This document shows positions 26,200 through 41,029 of a stretch of 64,000 nt of DNA, piece after piece. A program made the translations under genes and the position numbers. The stretch's first letter is position 1. Each line of letters begins with the position of its first letter. This stretch comes from the human T2T-CHM13v2.0 reference genome, Homo sapiens. The stretch is from the NCBI RefSeq assembly GCF_009914755.1, contig NC_060947.1. One strand, written 5' to 3'. The notes under the pieces are model-generated. The model had not been told where the DNA came from and searched no databases. It saw nothing but the letters and a program-made list of their open reading frames with translations.

Positions 26200-27470
26200 A
26201 AGTTCCTCTTCTGCTTAGGATGTAAAAATGCTATATAAGAACGTTGCTCCACCCAATGAGAAAAAGCAGGGTGATCTATAAAAACGTATTATTTTTTGAG
26301 CCATTTATATAGCTGTGGCCACAAGGCAACGAGGTGAGCCAAAGTACTTCAATCTCCTCCAAGGAGAGACTGGATACATGAAAGGTTTACCTTTGGCAGG
26401 GAACTGGAGGAAGAAGTAGTCATCGTAGGAGCAGGAAAAAGAAAATAGCTCCAATTGTAAGGCATTCTTAAAAGTCAGGTGTGGGCTGGTATGACATTTC
26501 AGCATCCTTGGAAATGCAGACCGAAGGAGTCTGCACTCATTCTGGAATTCTTTTCCACAAACTTCTATTGGGAACTTGCAAAAAAGTAAGGCGTAGGACA
26601 AGAGATAGGAAGAAGCTCCCCTCAGTGACACACAAACATGAAGTCAAACCCATTTTCCAGACCCTCCTCTTCTAAAAGGCGTAAGATTTAAGGAAAGATA
26701 CTAAACTGAAGGAAAGATACTAAACTCTACCACCCATGGGACCCGCCTGTTCAGAGGGGTTGGGGAAGGTAGAAGCCACTGAGAGAGGGTCAAGATACCC
26801 TCTTTGGAAGAGCAGTATGATAACCTCTTTGGCCCAGGATTCTGCACCAATAAAAACAGAATGATCTGTTACCACTAGGGGAGAGACAGGCATATAAGGC
26901 TTGCTGAAAACTGAGGATGGAACAAGAAGATAGAAATCCCTTTAGGACCGCAGACACTATTACATTAAGCACGGGATAGCAGCAGCCCATCAGTGGAGGT
27001 CTTTGAAGACTGTAGTGTTCTGAAGGTTGCTACAGCAACAACAACCCCCGCCCCTCCAAACCAGCTCAATACTAACACCACTGACTCAAACCCCATACTA
27101 GCAGTATGACAGAAAAAAAGCTATACCTATTTCCAAGATTAAACATATTTACCTCATTCTCTATTTTTCTTCTATACATGACATCTAACATTCACTAAAA
27201 AGAAAATGAGACTTGCAAAAAATAAATAAAACTAAGCAAAATACACCCATTATCAAGAAGTAAAGCCATCAACATAACCAGACTAAGAGATAACCTATAT
27301 GCTTGAACTAACAGACAAGGACTTTAAAATATCTCTGACTGATAAGATAAGGAATAGATTCATCTAGATACTAAAGAAAACATCCAAAACTTTCACAAAC
27401 AGATGGGATGTTTCAGCACAGTGATGGAATCTGTAAAATGATGCAATGGAATTGCTAACAATAAGCAATA
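26200..27470 (+). mobile_element. Ancient mammalian L1 (L1M) 5'UTR/ORF1-start remnant
   Basis: cttctgcttaggatgtaaaaatgc 5' motif and ttgaactaacagacaaggactttaaaata typical of old L1 ORF1 starts; A-rich plus strand. Confidence 0.5.
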
Positions 27471-27688
27471 ATCAACTCAAAATGTTAATGTAGCAATTGC
27501 AAAATTATTTCTATTATAAAAAATGTTAAATTACAAAGAGAATAACAGTACCTTAAAATGACACATAATTTAAAATACTACAGATGTTAATATTGGAAAA
27601 ATTGTTTACCAATGTTCACACCTGAGTACTCAATCCTTTGATGGAAGGTATGACACTATAATGATTTATTATAAAAACTCCTTAAGTG

Positions 27689-28313
27689 GCCGCGCAGCCT
27701 GCGCATGCGCGCCGGCGACCAAGCCTAAATAGCTACCGCCTCTGCGCGTCGCCCTCCACGGTTACCCCGGCTTTCCGCCCCTCCTTCTCGCGGGGCTCGA
27801 GGGACCATGGCCGATCCTCGCGTGAGACAGATCAAGATCAAGACCGGTGTGGTGAAGCGGTTGGTCAAATAAAAAGTGATGTATGAAAAAGAGGCAAAAC
27901 AACAAGAAGAAAAGATTGAAAAAATGAGAGCTGAAGATGGTGAAAATTATGACATTAAAAAGCAGGCAGAGATCCTACAAGAATCCCGGATGATGATCCC
28001 AGATTGCCAGCGCAGGTTGGAAGCCGCATATTTGGATCTTCAACAGATATTAGAAAGTGAAAAAGACTTGGAAGAAGCTGAGGAATATAAAGAAGCACGT
28101 TTAGTACTGGATTCAGTGAAGTTAGAAGCCTGAAACTTTTCTCGTATGGGGTGGTTTTTGCATTAAATCCTGGGGTCCATTTTACAATCCATTATTTTTG
28201 ACCACTGCGGTGTGTTCAAGTAGTATGAGAATGTGATTGTTTTTATCTGGTTACATATATATTTCTTTGTCTAATTTAATATGTCAAATAAATGAGTTCA
28301 TCTAAAAAAAAAA
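27689..28313 (+). pseudogene. TBCAP1: TBCA (tubulin folding cofactor A) processed pseudogene, antisense to DMD
   Basis: ATG 27807 gives MADPRVRQIKIKTGVVKRLVK* (TAA 27870-27872 replacing Glu22), then KVMYEKEAKQQEEK...DSVKLEA, TGA at 28131-28133; 108 codons, intronless. AATAAA 28287-28292, poly(A) from 28304, degenerate TSD aaaaactccttaagtg / aaaaatccataagtg. The symbol is from recollection that TBCAP1 maps inside DMD. Confidence 0.95.
27700..27711. promoter_or_regulatory. NRF1 consensus palindrome in the CpG-rich 5' end of the retrocopy
   Basis: TGCGCATGCGCG fits YGCGCANGCGCR; GC box CCGCCC at 27775-27780. Motif only; function not shown. Confidence 0.55.
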
Positions 28314-30097
28314 ATCCATAAGTGATGTGTGGTTTATATTTGTAACTGCCTATATGATATATATTCTTACCCCAACCCCATCCCATCATATAGATAAGAA
28401 AATGCTACTTATGTGCTCAGGTTTACACAACTCTTAGATGTCTCTGACTACAAAGTCTTTGTTCTTTTTAATGTACCTCTATGCCTCTCATACTATAAAA
28501 TTGAAATAAATTAATCTACTGCTCCAAATGATCAATTTTCCATGGAAAAAAAAGAGAACTTTTGTAATTGTAACAACCTCTGCTATATGACTAAACACTG
28601 AGCCATGAGGTGGGCTGCCAGGTAAATTGGAAGGCTTCATCTAAAAAGTACAAGACTATGAGGCATATTCCCTTCTCAACAGCCTAGGATGATTGGATCT
28701 ACCCATTCTGTCACATTTTCAATATATAATTCCTGTTCAAACTTTCTATTAATATATCATTTCAAGTTTCATTGATAGTCCTAAAATGCAACACAAAAGA
28801 CGAGCAGATGATTTCAGCCATTCCAATTTGCAGCCTTTTGTAGAGGGGCATCAATAGATTTTACTGTACTTGCATAAAGCCCTAGTTGTTCTTTTCCTAT
28901 TCTATCATTTCTGGATTGGCGAATGGGATAAAATGTTCAGGAAAGAAAAAACAAATCTCAACACAAACGTGAATGTCATTGAAAGCTAAAAAAGTAAACA
29001 AAGTTAATGATCACACCCGTAAGTGCTACTGATTTTTCATTGAACTCAGAGGAGAAAGTTACTGGATTCCCAAAAGTAAGTGAAGGGTATATGTTTGCTA
29101 AATGCATTCACAGCCTGTTGCTCTAATTATTTGAGGTTTTTTATGTGTTGTTGTTTTAGCTGTTGTTTGTGTTTTTTATTCTTTCTGCATTTTTCTTCTA
29201 CTGTACAGTTGTTATTCATGCTATGAGTTATCTAAAGTTTACATTAATAATCAAATTCCTTGCACCATCCCAACTCTGAAACACACAACTTGGATGGAGA
29301 TTAAGACTCATTCAGGACTCAGGCAGACATCCTTAGTACCCAGAACCACAACACAGCACACACGAATGCATGGTTCTATAATTATTTTATGGAGCATCTA
29401 TGAATTTGCTATGCACCGGACCCTGGGAAGTCAATGTACAGTGGTCAACAAAAACAATTCAATTGTATTAATATTTAGAAGCCACAAAATGCAAATATAT
29501 TCTTTTTTAATTTGAAGCTTGTTATTCTTCTGCACAATCTATAGCTCCTATTAGAATCATTAAAGTACATTCAGCAGCAGTAACAAACGAACAGGGAAAA
29601 TGTGAACATGACAAAAGGCTGCCAGAGTAACACGGGTGACAAATGTGGGAACATTTTAGAATTCCCAATTTCCCACTCTAATAAAATAATATGAACAAAA
29701 AGGCTTTTTTTAGTAGCTTCAACTGAAACTATCACCTGATCTATTTCTTAAAATCCTCACGAAGGTTTCACTGAACCATTAGAGGTTTGGGCAGTCAAAC
29801 AAATTAAACATGAACCAATCTTTTTAGAATGACTACTGAAGTGCTCAGTATTTCCAGCCTTCCAGTTACCACAGTGAAAGAAACAAACAGGTACTTGTCA
29901 GGTTTATAAGGGAATGATCTATTTTCTGCCCTTTTTTGCCTACTCTTTAAGGAAAACACACACACATATGCATGCAAGCATACACGCATGCACAAGCAGA
30001 ACACAAATTTAGAAGCTATAGAGAAAATAAATAGAAAACAAAGAAGTTTTGACAAAACCAAACTGTCTTTACTTTTAGATTATAAAAACAATCAACT

Positions 30098-30280
30098 CTT
30101 TTTTTTATTATTATACTTTAGGTTTTAGGGTACATGTGCACAACGTGCAGGTTTGTTACATATGTATACATGTGCCATGTTGGTGTGCTGCACCCATTAA
30201 CTCGTCATTTAACATTAGGTATATCTCCTAATGCTATCCCTCCCCCCTCCCCCCACCCCACAACAGGCCCCGGTGTGTGA
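30098..30280 (-). mobile_element. Short L1PA (about PA3-5) 3' end
   Basis: ttttttattattatactttaggttttagggtacatgtgcacaacgtgcagg...ccctcccccctccccccaccccacaacaggccccggtgtgtga. Confidence 0.92.
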
Positions 30281-30543
30281 GGGAATTAGAATTTTGTAAT
30301 TCATTTGGGTAGAGGAGCAAAAGGTATATATTAGGCTCAACTTTTCAGTCGGTGATGAGAGACACATGGCCTGCCATCCCTGCCCTCTCTCACCTACCCC
30401 AGTTAATCTAAATCTGCAAAACGAAAGGAGCTTCCACTAGGCCAGAGGGGCTGCAGGATGGGAAAACAATCAGAATGGAACACTTTCATGGGCGTTCCTA
30501 CAGACCAATTTGCTTCCAGTCAGCCCATTTAATTTCATATTTA

Positions 30544-30853
<310 letters not shown>

Positions 30854-31710
30854 GCAAGGAGGGAATGGGACAATTCATAAAAGCAAGCCCCAGCAGTTCT
30901 AGTTAACTGTGAACTGAACCAGTAAGATGCACATTGATTTAACTTCGGAAATAATTTATGTGCTGGTTTCTTAAATGACTGCTACATATTGCCTTCTTAC
31001 CTGACGATGGAGTGCAGAATATGGGGACAAAAATAAGAGCAATTCCAAGGAAATGCTTTATGCCCGAGTGCTAATTCAGAACCATACTGAAAAAGGAGAT
31101 GCAAGAGAATGCTCAGCGTAGATTCTAGGCCATCCTTAAACAATCCAGAGCTGAAGAGCCGTATTCAGAGATAAATTTATTCTGCGTTCAATGTTTCTTG
31201 ACCTACTTCTCGTAAGGAAAATTCTGCCTGAATACCAGAAGGAATTCATTTTTCACTTTAGCTTGAAATTTACCTTAAGATAAAACACAATAGTTGTATA
31301 AAAATATGCCTTATTTGGTTATGCATATAAAGCAGACCCAAGAGGATTTGGGGTAAAATATTTCATAAGTTGTACTATGCATGAATATAAAAAATGAGAA
31401 ACAAAAGGATAGTTAGTAAAAGGCTGTTCAGTCCCAAATAAAGGAGTAATTGTTGATATGCTAAATAAAAGGGGGGTGGGGAAAGTCCTTTTTTTACAAG
31501 GGAATGTGAGGAAGGGAACTCACATTTGTTGAGGCTGTATTTTGCATTTAATCCTCACAACTAGGCTGAGAACAAACATTAGGCATTTTATTTCCCATTT
31601 ACAGATTGTAAACCTGAGGCAATAGGATTAGTTGCCTGTGATAACAATTCACATGTTGAGAATCATAATATTATAGGCCTCCACCACCTAACAATGCCAT
31701 CTTCAGAACT

Positions 31711-31725
31711 ACACACACACAGGTG

Positions 31726-31775
<50 letters not shown>
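31711..31775. repeat. (CA)n microsatellite, about (AC)23 perfect run
   Basis: (ac)5 aggtgcgt, then uninterrupted ac repeats 31729-31775. Confidence 0.97.
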
Positions 31776-31776
<1 letters not shown>

Positions 31777-33399
31777 GTATTTCGTGAGATTGTAACCACA
31801 TTCTTAAGTTCCATCCTTTGCAAGTAAGGTAAGTTAGGCACTGTTTCCTCACTGCCTTAGGGTTGTTTATAAATACAGAGCTCTTGAATTACAAAATCAA
31901 CTCTTGATTTCACTGACAGAGGTCAACTGCTTTTAGTGTAAGTGAACCATGATTCTGGCGTAAACAGATATAGAAGAATCCTGTTTAAAAGTTTTTACCT
32001 GCTCTAGGTGCCTACCAAGAGAAGAAGAGGGGGAAGTTGAGAGAGTTACAGATAAGTGAGAGCTAGAAGCCGTGTGGGGGTGTGGGGAGGGTCCTGACCC
32101 TCTGACACACACACACACACCTTTTCAAATAAGAGGAACATTATAATGTCCTCTTAGGGAACCAAAGTCCTAAAGAAGAGAAGGAGGTTCTGGAGCTGCT
32201 GAAAAATAGTGCCCAACCAGAGCAAAGGGACTGGGCATGTAGATTAGCCTCACAGGGGTCTGAGCATCTCATCAGGTTTGTGATAAGCAGCTAACATGTG
32301 TCGGTGCTTGAGAAGGTCATGGAAGTTAGGAGGAGCAAGCTGGCAGTCTTTCAAGGGTGTGGTAATCAGGACACAGACACCCCAAATCCTGGAGGCAGAA
32401 TAGGCAGTTCAACTAAGGGCGGGATGCAGGTACTGGTTCACTTCAGCCAATGCCTGCATGCAAAGATCTTCTTCCCCACAGACCACATTGGATGTCACAT
32501 CTCTGTGTGTCCTTGACCTAGAATCAGAAGTTGGCCCTGATGCCATGAAGCTAAGTAATACTCCTGTGTTATTCCAATCCTAGAGTGGAGGCTAGAGTCC
32601 TAACAACTCCTGAATGTGACCGGTAGACCTGAAAAGTCACTGAATTTTATTAAGATTTCCTGAGAATGGTATATTAAGAAACCTGTTAAATTAAGATAAA
32701 AGAGGAACCAAAATAGAAATTTAATTTAGCTATAGAAAAATTAATAAAATACCATTTTTAGCCCACTTAAATTTGTGTGATACTGAAATTTTTTTTTCCT
32801 GCTACAGATGTATAATTTAGTGCAAAGGTGTAGGGCCCAAGGCTTCACTGTGAGGAATGTAAATGTGCTCCCCAAAATAATTTATGATTTTGACTAATGT
32901 CTGCACAAAATACTATAGTCCATAACAGGTTTCAAATCTTATAACAACTATTAATACTATCAACATGTAGAAATAAGAAAACTGAGGCTTAGAGTGGTTG
33001 GATTCTATCCATTGATTGCCCAGGATAACATCAAGTGACTGACTGGGGGCTCAAAATTGTTCTCCTGATTGTAAATATCAATCCTGTTTCCTATACTTGT
33101 CCATATACTTCCTGATGCCTATTTGGTGCTCAATAACTTTTAGATTGAGTAAAAGAATGAACAAAAACATGTATTTATTTAGTGCCCGGAAGGGGCATAG
33201 CAAATAATTGATATCCTTTCCTATCTCACATAGCATTCAGTACAGCAAAGTAAGCAAAATTGAGGAGGGAATTTTAATAATGTTGAACATCTACAAATTG
33301 CTAGACACTGAGATTTTTATGCACTTTTTAAGTTTAATCTTCGTGTTAATCCACATTACATATGAGGAAATGGAGAGAGAATATAGTTTGTCAAGGTAA

Positions 33400-33625
33400 T
33401 GGCCATAGTCCATATAATTTGAGTGCTTACTATGTGCCACCTACTAAACACTTTAAACACATGAACATACTTCATTTTCACAGACCTTGTAAGAGAGGTA
33501 CTTCTCTTGACCCTATTGTATGGATAGGAAACAAAGCTTAGCGAGGTTAAGTAACTGCCCAAGTTCATATAGCTACTTTGCAGTAGATGAGCACAAATTG
33601 AAACTCATGCTTCTCTAACTCCATT
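33400..33625 (-). mobile_element. MIR
   Basis: tttgagtgcttactatgtgcc...gataggaaacaaagcttagcgaggttaagtaactgcccaag. Confidence 0.7.
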
Positions 33626-34816
33626 ATTAACCCAATAGCAGGTGCTGAAAATCACTGATCGTGTTGCTGACAAAGGAGAGTAAACAATAGCCACATAATA
33701 ATACTATCTAAGGGAACATTACTGATGTACCTAGATTTTTTAAACTTTCTTTTATTTATGAAAATAAAAATGAATATATTCGATTGTATTTTCATTCTTC
33801 CCTCTGTTTGTGCCACTTTAAACACTGGTGCCTCCCTTCTCTTTGACCCAAATACTCAAAACAGGTCACACATTTAAATATGGCAAGCCCTCCAGCCCTG
33901 CAAATGATGGACTATAAAATTTGTTTGTACTACTGGCGATTTTTTTTTAAAAAAGCTTATGCACACCTACTTTCATATTTTTAGGTTGGACAGTACCTTA
34001 GAAATAAAAACAAAAATTAAAACAGATCTTTATCTTTTAAAAAATCTATTTTCCAAAAGGAAACAAATGAATTATTTTTGTCTTATTATTACCATATAGC
34101 TTAAAAATCAATTACCTGAAATCATTATCATTCAAATCTTTAAAACAAGGCACTTAAATGTTTAATCTTTTTTAAAAACTTAGCCAATGCAAAACTGCTT
34201 TCCTCCAAAATGCCCTCAGAATTACCTGCTTCTCCTGCACTCTTAGTATCCCCAAGTTATTGGCAGTGAATAAAAGTGTAAAGGAAATGAATCTTGCAAT
34301 TCTCTGTGAATTTCATTCCAAAAAAGAATTTTAGGCATTTTGATGAAGCGATGTAGGGATTAGTTTTAAATAGGGATCTCTGATTTGTGTATTATTTTCA
34401 CAATTTGTAAACTTACTTTCTTCCAAAAGTGATTTGAAATAAATATTCTGAAACACTGAAGATCAATGGAAGCTAAGAATTAGAAATGCTTATACAAATC
34501 TATTAAACCTAACTGTATATATGCATATAATATTTTTGTTAAGAAACATAGAATTCTTTAGAATAATTCAATTTTATATAATTATGGATACAGACACATA
34601 GATTCACATTGTAATGTTTATTCAGATTTTGTGTTTATTTGTTGATTGTTCAGGCAAACGGAAACTGCATTTGGTGTCAACAGTTGCATTTCTTTATATT
34701 TATATTAGCTGGTTAGCTGTGCTGGCAGAACTAAAGGAAACCTGTCCATAGAGCCTTACGTAGTCGTAACTACAACACAATCATGTGTCACAAATTTATA
34801 GCACAGCAGACCTTTA

Positions 34817-35160
<344 letters not shown>

Positions 35161-37649
35161 GGAGAGAGAGAGAAAGGAAAACTTGAAAAATGAATGAGAA
35201 CTGGTAAACAACTGCAGGGAAAGTAATTACCACACTCTTCATATGACAAACTAAAGAAAGGGGGCACCGCAAGAAAAGTATTGCCAGAGCTTGAAGGGCA
35301 GAATGTGTAATTAGGATGTGATATCTGGCAGTGGTGATTCCAATCATTGGGGATTAAAACTGTATCTCAACTTGTGCTCTTTCTGTTGCTTTAGGGCCAG
35401 TGTATTCACTCAATCTTCCATGATATCTATATGGACTCACTGAACCTCAGATCTTAACTTCAGTTGAGCAGAACTAGTCTTCTCTCTCTCAGACCAAGGA
35501 AGGCATAACTTGTGTTCCATGAAGCCTACTGTGTCAAGTCTGCCAAATGAAACTTTAAATATGTAGGCATTGTCTACTTAGCCTGAACACTAAAAAGAGT
35601 CCTTTCTACAGTTCCCAAGGATTTGTTTGGTTGCAATGTTTCTAAAGTCAGTACAGAAACTTCCCTGAAAATGGAGCTCCAAATTTATCACGATTTTCAT
35701 CCTGGAATGTATTTAGGTTTGTATCCCTCGACGTGCACCACTCAATTGACGTCACATACTTTTTACCTGAAATTTATTTCAGTTTCTCAGAAGACTGTAT
35801 ATTTCCCCAGTTACAGATTTTACTATACCTTAAATATGGTGGCTGCCACTTTCTTAACCTACAGTATTAATGGCAGAAATGCTTAGATTTATAAAAGGCA
35901 AACATGGGGAAAAGAGAGGCAATATTAAATTCAAGTCTCTCGAAAGGAAAGGAAAAGATAATGAAAAAGCAATGTAAAAAATGAGAGATAGGTGGGGCAG
36001 GTTTAAGATGCCATTGAATCTCTGCATAGACTGCCTTTTTTTTTGCTCTAAATACTAAACTTGCCTAAATTAGGCCACCTCCCTCCAGAGAACAAAAGGA
36101 AACTTGGCCACTATGGAATAGTACCAAAGTGAATTTTTAGAAGCTATTATTACCCACTCATAATCTATATTTTTGAAAATTAATATATATGTATATTTGT
36201 AATTATCAATATTAATACGAAGCAATAGGGTCAACATGAACTTGGATACTTCTGTTAAGTTCACTTAAATATTGAACTAATCTAATCACTTCTCATTTTT
36301 TCTTTAACCAAATATGTAAATTCAATATAATTGACTTAGTTCTCAAATTGGTTCAATAAAGTGTTCCCACAGTATTTGCAAATATATTCGTCTTTAGAAT
36401 ATTCCTCCTTAACCTTTTTAAGTAGAAATTAAAATAGAAATATTAAAACGTGTATTTAAAAGTGGTCTTTTCTCTTAACAGACATTTACTTTTTCTTACA
36501 TGAATTGGTTTAGTTTTTTTTTCCAGCACTGAAACCATTCCAAAAAAAACTGTAGAAAAGAGTGAATATTTATTCTATTGGATGTTTGTTATGTTTGCAT
36601 AATAACTAATTAGTGAATTGAGGCCAACTTTGATCAAAATGTTTGCTCTGAATAGATATTTGCTAATAAATAATTTTTTCATGTGATAAGTGTGTAATAA
36701 TAAGTTCTCTATGCTGCCTTGCTTTGATAGAATATTCAGACAACATTTATAAATGACTAATTCAAGGAATTAAAAGGTCTTAAGTGCCCCAGAATGTAGA
36801 AATGGAATAAACATGTGGTAGTGGTGAGGGTGGGCTAGAAATGATTAAACTAGATTTTTTTTTAAAAAAGAAGCAAAAATACCGCTGGAAAAAATGCACG
36901 CAGAATAAATGTCATTATGAAATATTCTGAACGTGTGTACTTGATTTTCCTTCATCACGGCTTCATTTTGAGACGTCCAGGTCAACCACTGTCAACCAAT
37001 CAATCTCTAGCCTCTTTGAGCAGAGATCAAGGGCAACAGCAGAGCCTTAATGATTTCAACCTCTAGCCTTCAAGGGCACAGATTACAGGGACTGAAAGTA
37101 AATCAGTCCATCACAAGGCACTTCAGCCCATAGCCCATGACAAAGCTTGATTAGAATGGAAAAGTGTTAAGCCATCAAAAACAAGACGCAGCTATAAGGA
37201 AAGAGGAAATATAAGGCTAATGAATTTTAGTGTTCATAACAAGATAAAAATGTGTTTCTCAATACCTGTGTAGCCATTTAGAAATCTAAAGAGCAAGAAG
37301 AAAATTATGATAGAACATTCTGAGCAATTTCTTCCTCTTTTCTCAAGAGCAGAATTGAGATAGACTTAGATGTCAAGTCTACCCATTCTTCTAGGCCGTT
37401 CTCAGACCCATTTTCAAAAAAACAATAAATCCAAAAGCCAAAAGCAATAAACTTGTTTAAATACTGAAGTTCACATGGTGCTCATGTTTTCAGAAATCCA
37501 CTTACACTTTACACCCATAATGTAAGTAACGTACCCTTTAAATATTTAACTGCTCACTAATGTTTTTATTTGCATATCATTTCTTTTTAAAACTAGATAA
37601 CACACACTTTTTTAGCAGATATCTTTGGATCTTCACTATCTCAACTGAC

Positions 37650-37953
37650 TTTTCTTTTTTTTTTTTTTTTTGAGACTGAATCTCCCTCTATCGCCCAGGC
37701 TGGAGTGCAGTGTTTCAATCTCGGCTCACTGCAACCTCCTCCTCCTGGGTCCAAGCGATTCTTCTGCCTCAGCCTCCTAAGTAGCTGGGATTAGAGGCAC
37801 CCACCACCACGCCTGGCTAATTGTTGTATTTTTAGTAGAGAAGGGGTTTCATCACGTTGGCTAGGCTGGTCTCAAACTCCTGTCTTCAAGTGATCCACTG
37901 GCCTCTAACTCCCGAAGTGCTGGGATTACAGGAGTGAGCCCCTGCGCCTGGCC
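37650..37953 (-). mobile_element. AluS
   Basis: Poly-T then reverse-complement dimer; TSD tcaac(t/c)gactttt. Confidence 0.95.
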
Positions 37954-38078
37954 TCAACCGACTTTTTTAGACCACAGGTAAATGTTAGTTTTACTTAATG
38001 ATTGTAATTATTTTGATATACTCTATATGGAAAATAAGGAAAGTATTTTTTCCCTTTTAAAATAAGGAAAATATATAA

Positions 38079-38390
<312 letters not shown>

Positions 38391-39180
38391 TAAATATCCT
38401 TTAAATCTAGTGTATCTATGTGACTATAATGATGAGAAGTCAGGATGCCTTCCCTACAGCTAAACAAAGACTTTTCTGAAATGTATATTTGGAGACCCAG
38501 AATTTCACCTTATTTGAATGCAAAACACTTAGAGGAAATAAATCTTAATAGAAATGATTTTTACAGCATTTCGAACACAAGAATTGTAGTTTAAAATATT
38601 GTTCTTTAAAGCTATAAGTAAACCAATGTTTCCAAACTGTTTTTTCTAGAGCAAAATTTCCTAGAACCAAAATAATCTTGAAATTTTAGATTAAACAAAG
38701 CAAAACAGATTAAATCACCTCCAAGTTTCTCAGAATCTTCAACATACAAATGGCTGTTAATATCTCAAAAAGGAATAAAAACTGTTTTTCCAAATATATA
38801 CGAGAATGACTTTTTTTCTCCCCTAGAATTAGCTATTGATGCCAAGCTCAGTGTTTCTCATATAGTTTAAAACACACGGAAGTAAATTTGCTGTTCCCTT
38901 ATAAACATATCCTGATAATATGGAAACATTTATTCAACTAACTAATAACAAAACAGGCAACAAATTAAAACTGATTCAAAGGGGAATTCAAGGGACTGAA
39001 CACACATAGTCACAGAAAGAAAAAGAAGCTAGAACAAGATTGCTAAGTTAGAAACAAAACAGATTAACATCAAAAAGTGCAATAAAATTATATATTTTGA
39101 GGGTGCCAGAAAGATATTACTTGTCTCTCTACTGAACAAAAATGTGTACATTTATGTAAAATTTCTCAGAATCTAAGCCC

Positions 39181-39418
39181 TAATCAATAGTAAATACTAT
39201 AGGGTGACTATAGTCAATAATAACTTACTTGTACATTTTTAAATAACTAAGAGTATAACTGGATTGTTTGTAACACAAAGGATAAATGCTTAAGGTAATA
39301 GATGCCCCATTTATTCTGATGATGTGATAACTATGCATTGTATGTCTGTATCAAAATATCTCATGTGCTTCCAAATTATATGCACCTACTATGTACCCAC
39401 AAAAAAATTATCTTTTAA
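39181..39418 (+). mobile_element. L1MA (about MA2-3) 3' end
   Basis: agggtgactatagtcaataataac...tttgtaacacaaaggataaatgctt...cctactatgtacccacaaaaa. Confidence 0.8.
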
Positions 39419-39589
39419 GTTAGTACTAAGTTATACAAAGACGCATGTCCCTAACAAATTAAACTATCTGTCGGTAGATCTTTTAGACAATACTTTTTAG
39501 TATGATAATAAAAGAACATCTACTTGTTCTTTTGCCTTATTTCCAAGTTTTAGAGTTTAACAAGCTTGAATGTGTCATAATTACTCATT

Positions 39590-40590
<1,001 letters not shown>

Positions 40591-41029
40591 CATGGAAACA
40601 GAATGATCACATCAGTTAATTGTTCAACTTACATACAAACCACAAATCCAATCAACTAATATTTCAAACGTGCAAAATATGTTTGGCAGGGGTTTATTAC
40701 GAATGTTTCTATAAATTATGTCTCTATACACATATCTATACATATATATACATACACACCTATATGCCTATATATATATTCTATAGTTTTGTGAAAGTGA
40801 TGGTATAACAACAAAAAATATATTCTGTCATATCCACTGATCACAATAGACTTTGTGCCTCTGGTTATTTTGCAAATCATTTAACAATTAGTTTTCATTT
40901 AAAGGAAGTTTATAAGTTAAAGTAAACATAAGACAAATTTATTCTTGAATGTTAAGCCCTCAGCATCGAGGACCATGAAAATACTGATTAATTAGTGTGA
41001 CGAAGGAAAACATTGAATTAAGTCAACTA

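Noticed and set aside
26690-26726. Tandem 18-bp repeat aaggaaagatactaaact x2
   Set aside because: Ordinary slippage duplication inside an old L1; two units only, nothing array- or CRISPR-like.
27686-27886. 66-aa Arg/Ser-rich ORF
   Set aside because: Alternative frame of the GC-rich TBCA leader and CDS; starts at a GTG inside the TSD.
27876-28133. 85-aa ORF as a functional TBCA gene
   Set aside because: Upstream in-frame TAA at codon 22, no introns, poly(A) and TSD: a processed pseudogene.
30238-30259. G-quadruplex motif on the DMD strand
   Set aside because: Standard L1PA 3'UTR G-tract present in very many copies.
31309-31318. Perfect CArG box CCTTATTTGG (and isolated MEF2-like sites such as ctatttataa at 1240-1249)
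   Set aside because: Several such 10-mers are expected by chance in 64 kb of AT-rich DNA; no convincing cluster of muscle motifs.
32130-32660. GC-balanced segment resembling an ancient LTR
   Set aside because: Could not identify termini, TSD or family by eye.
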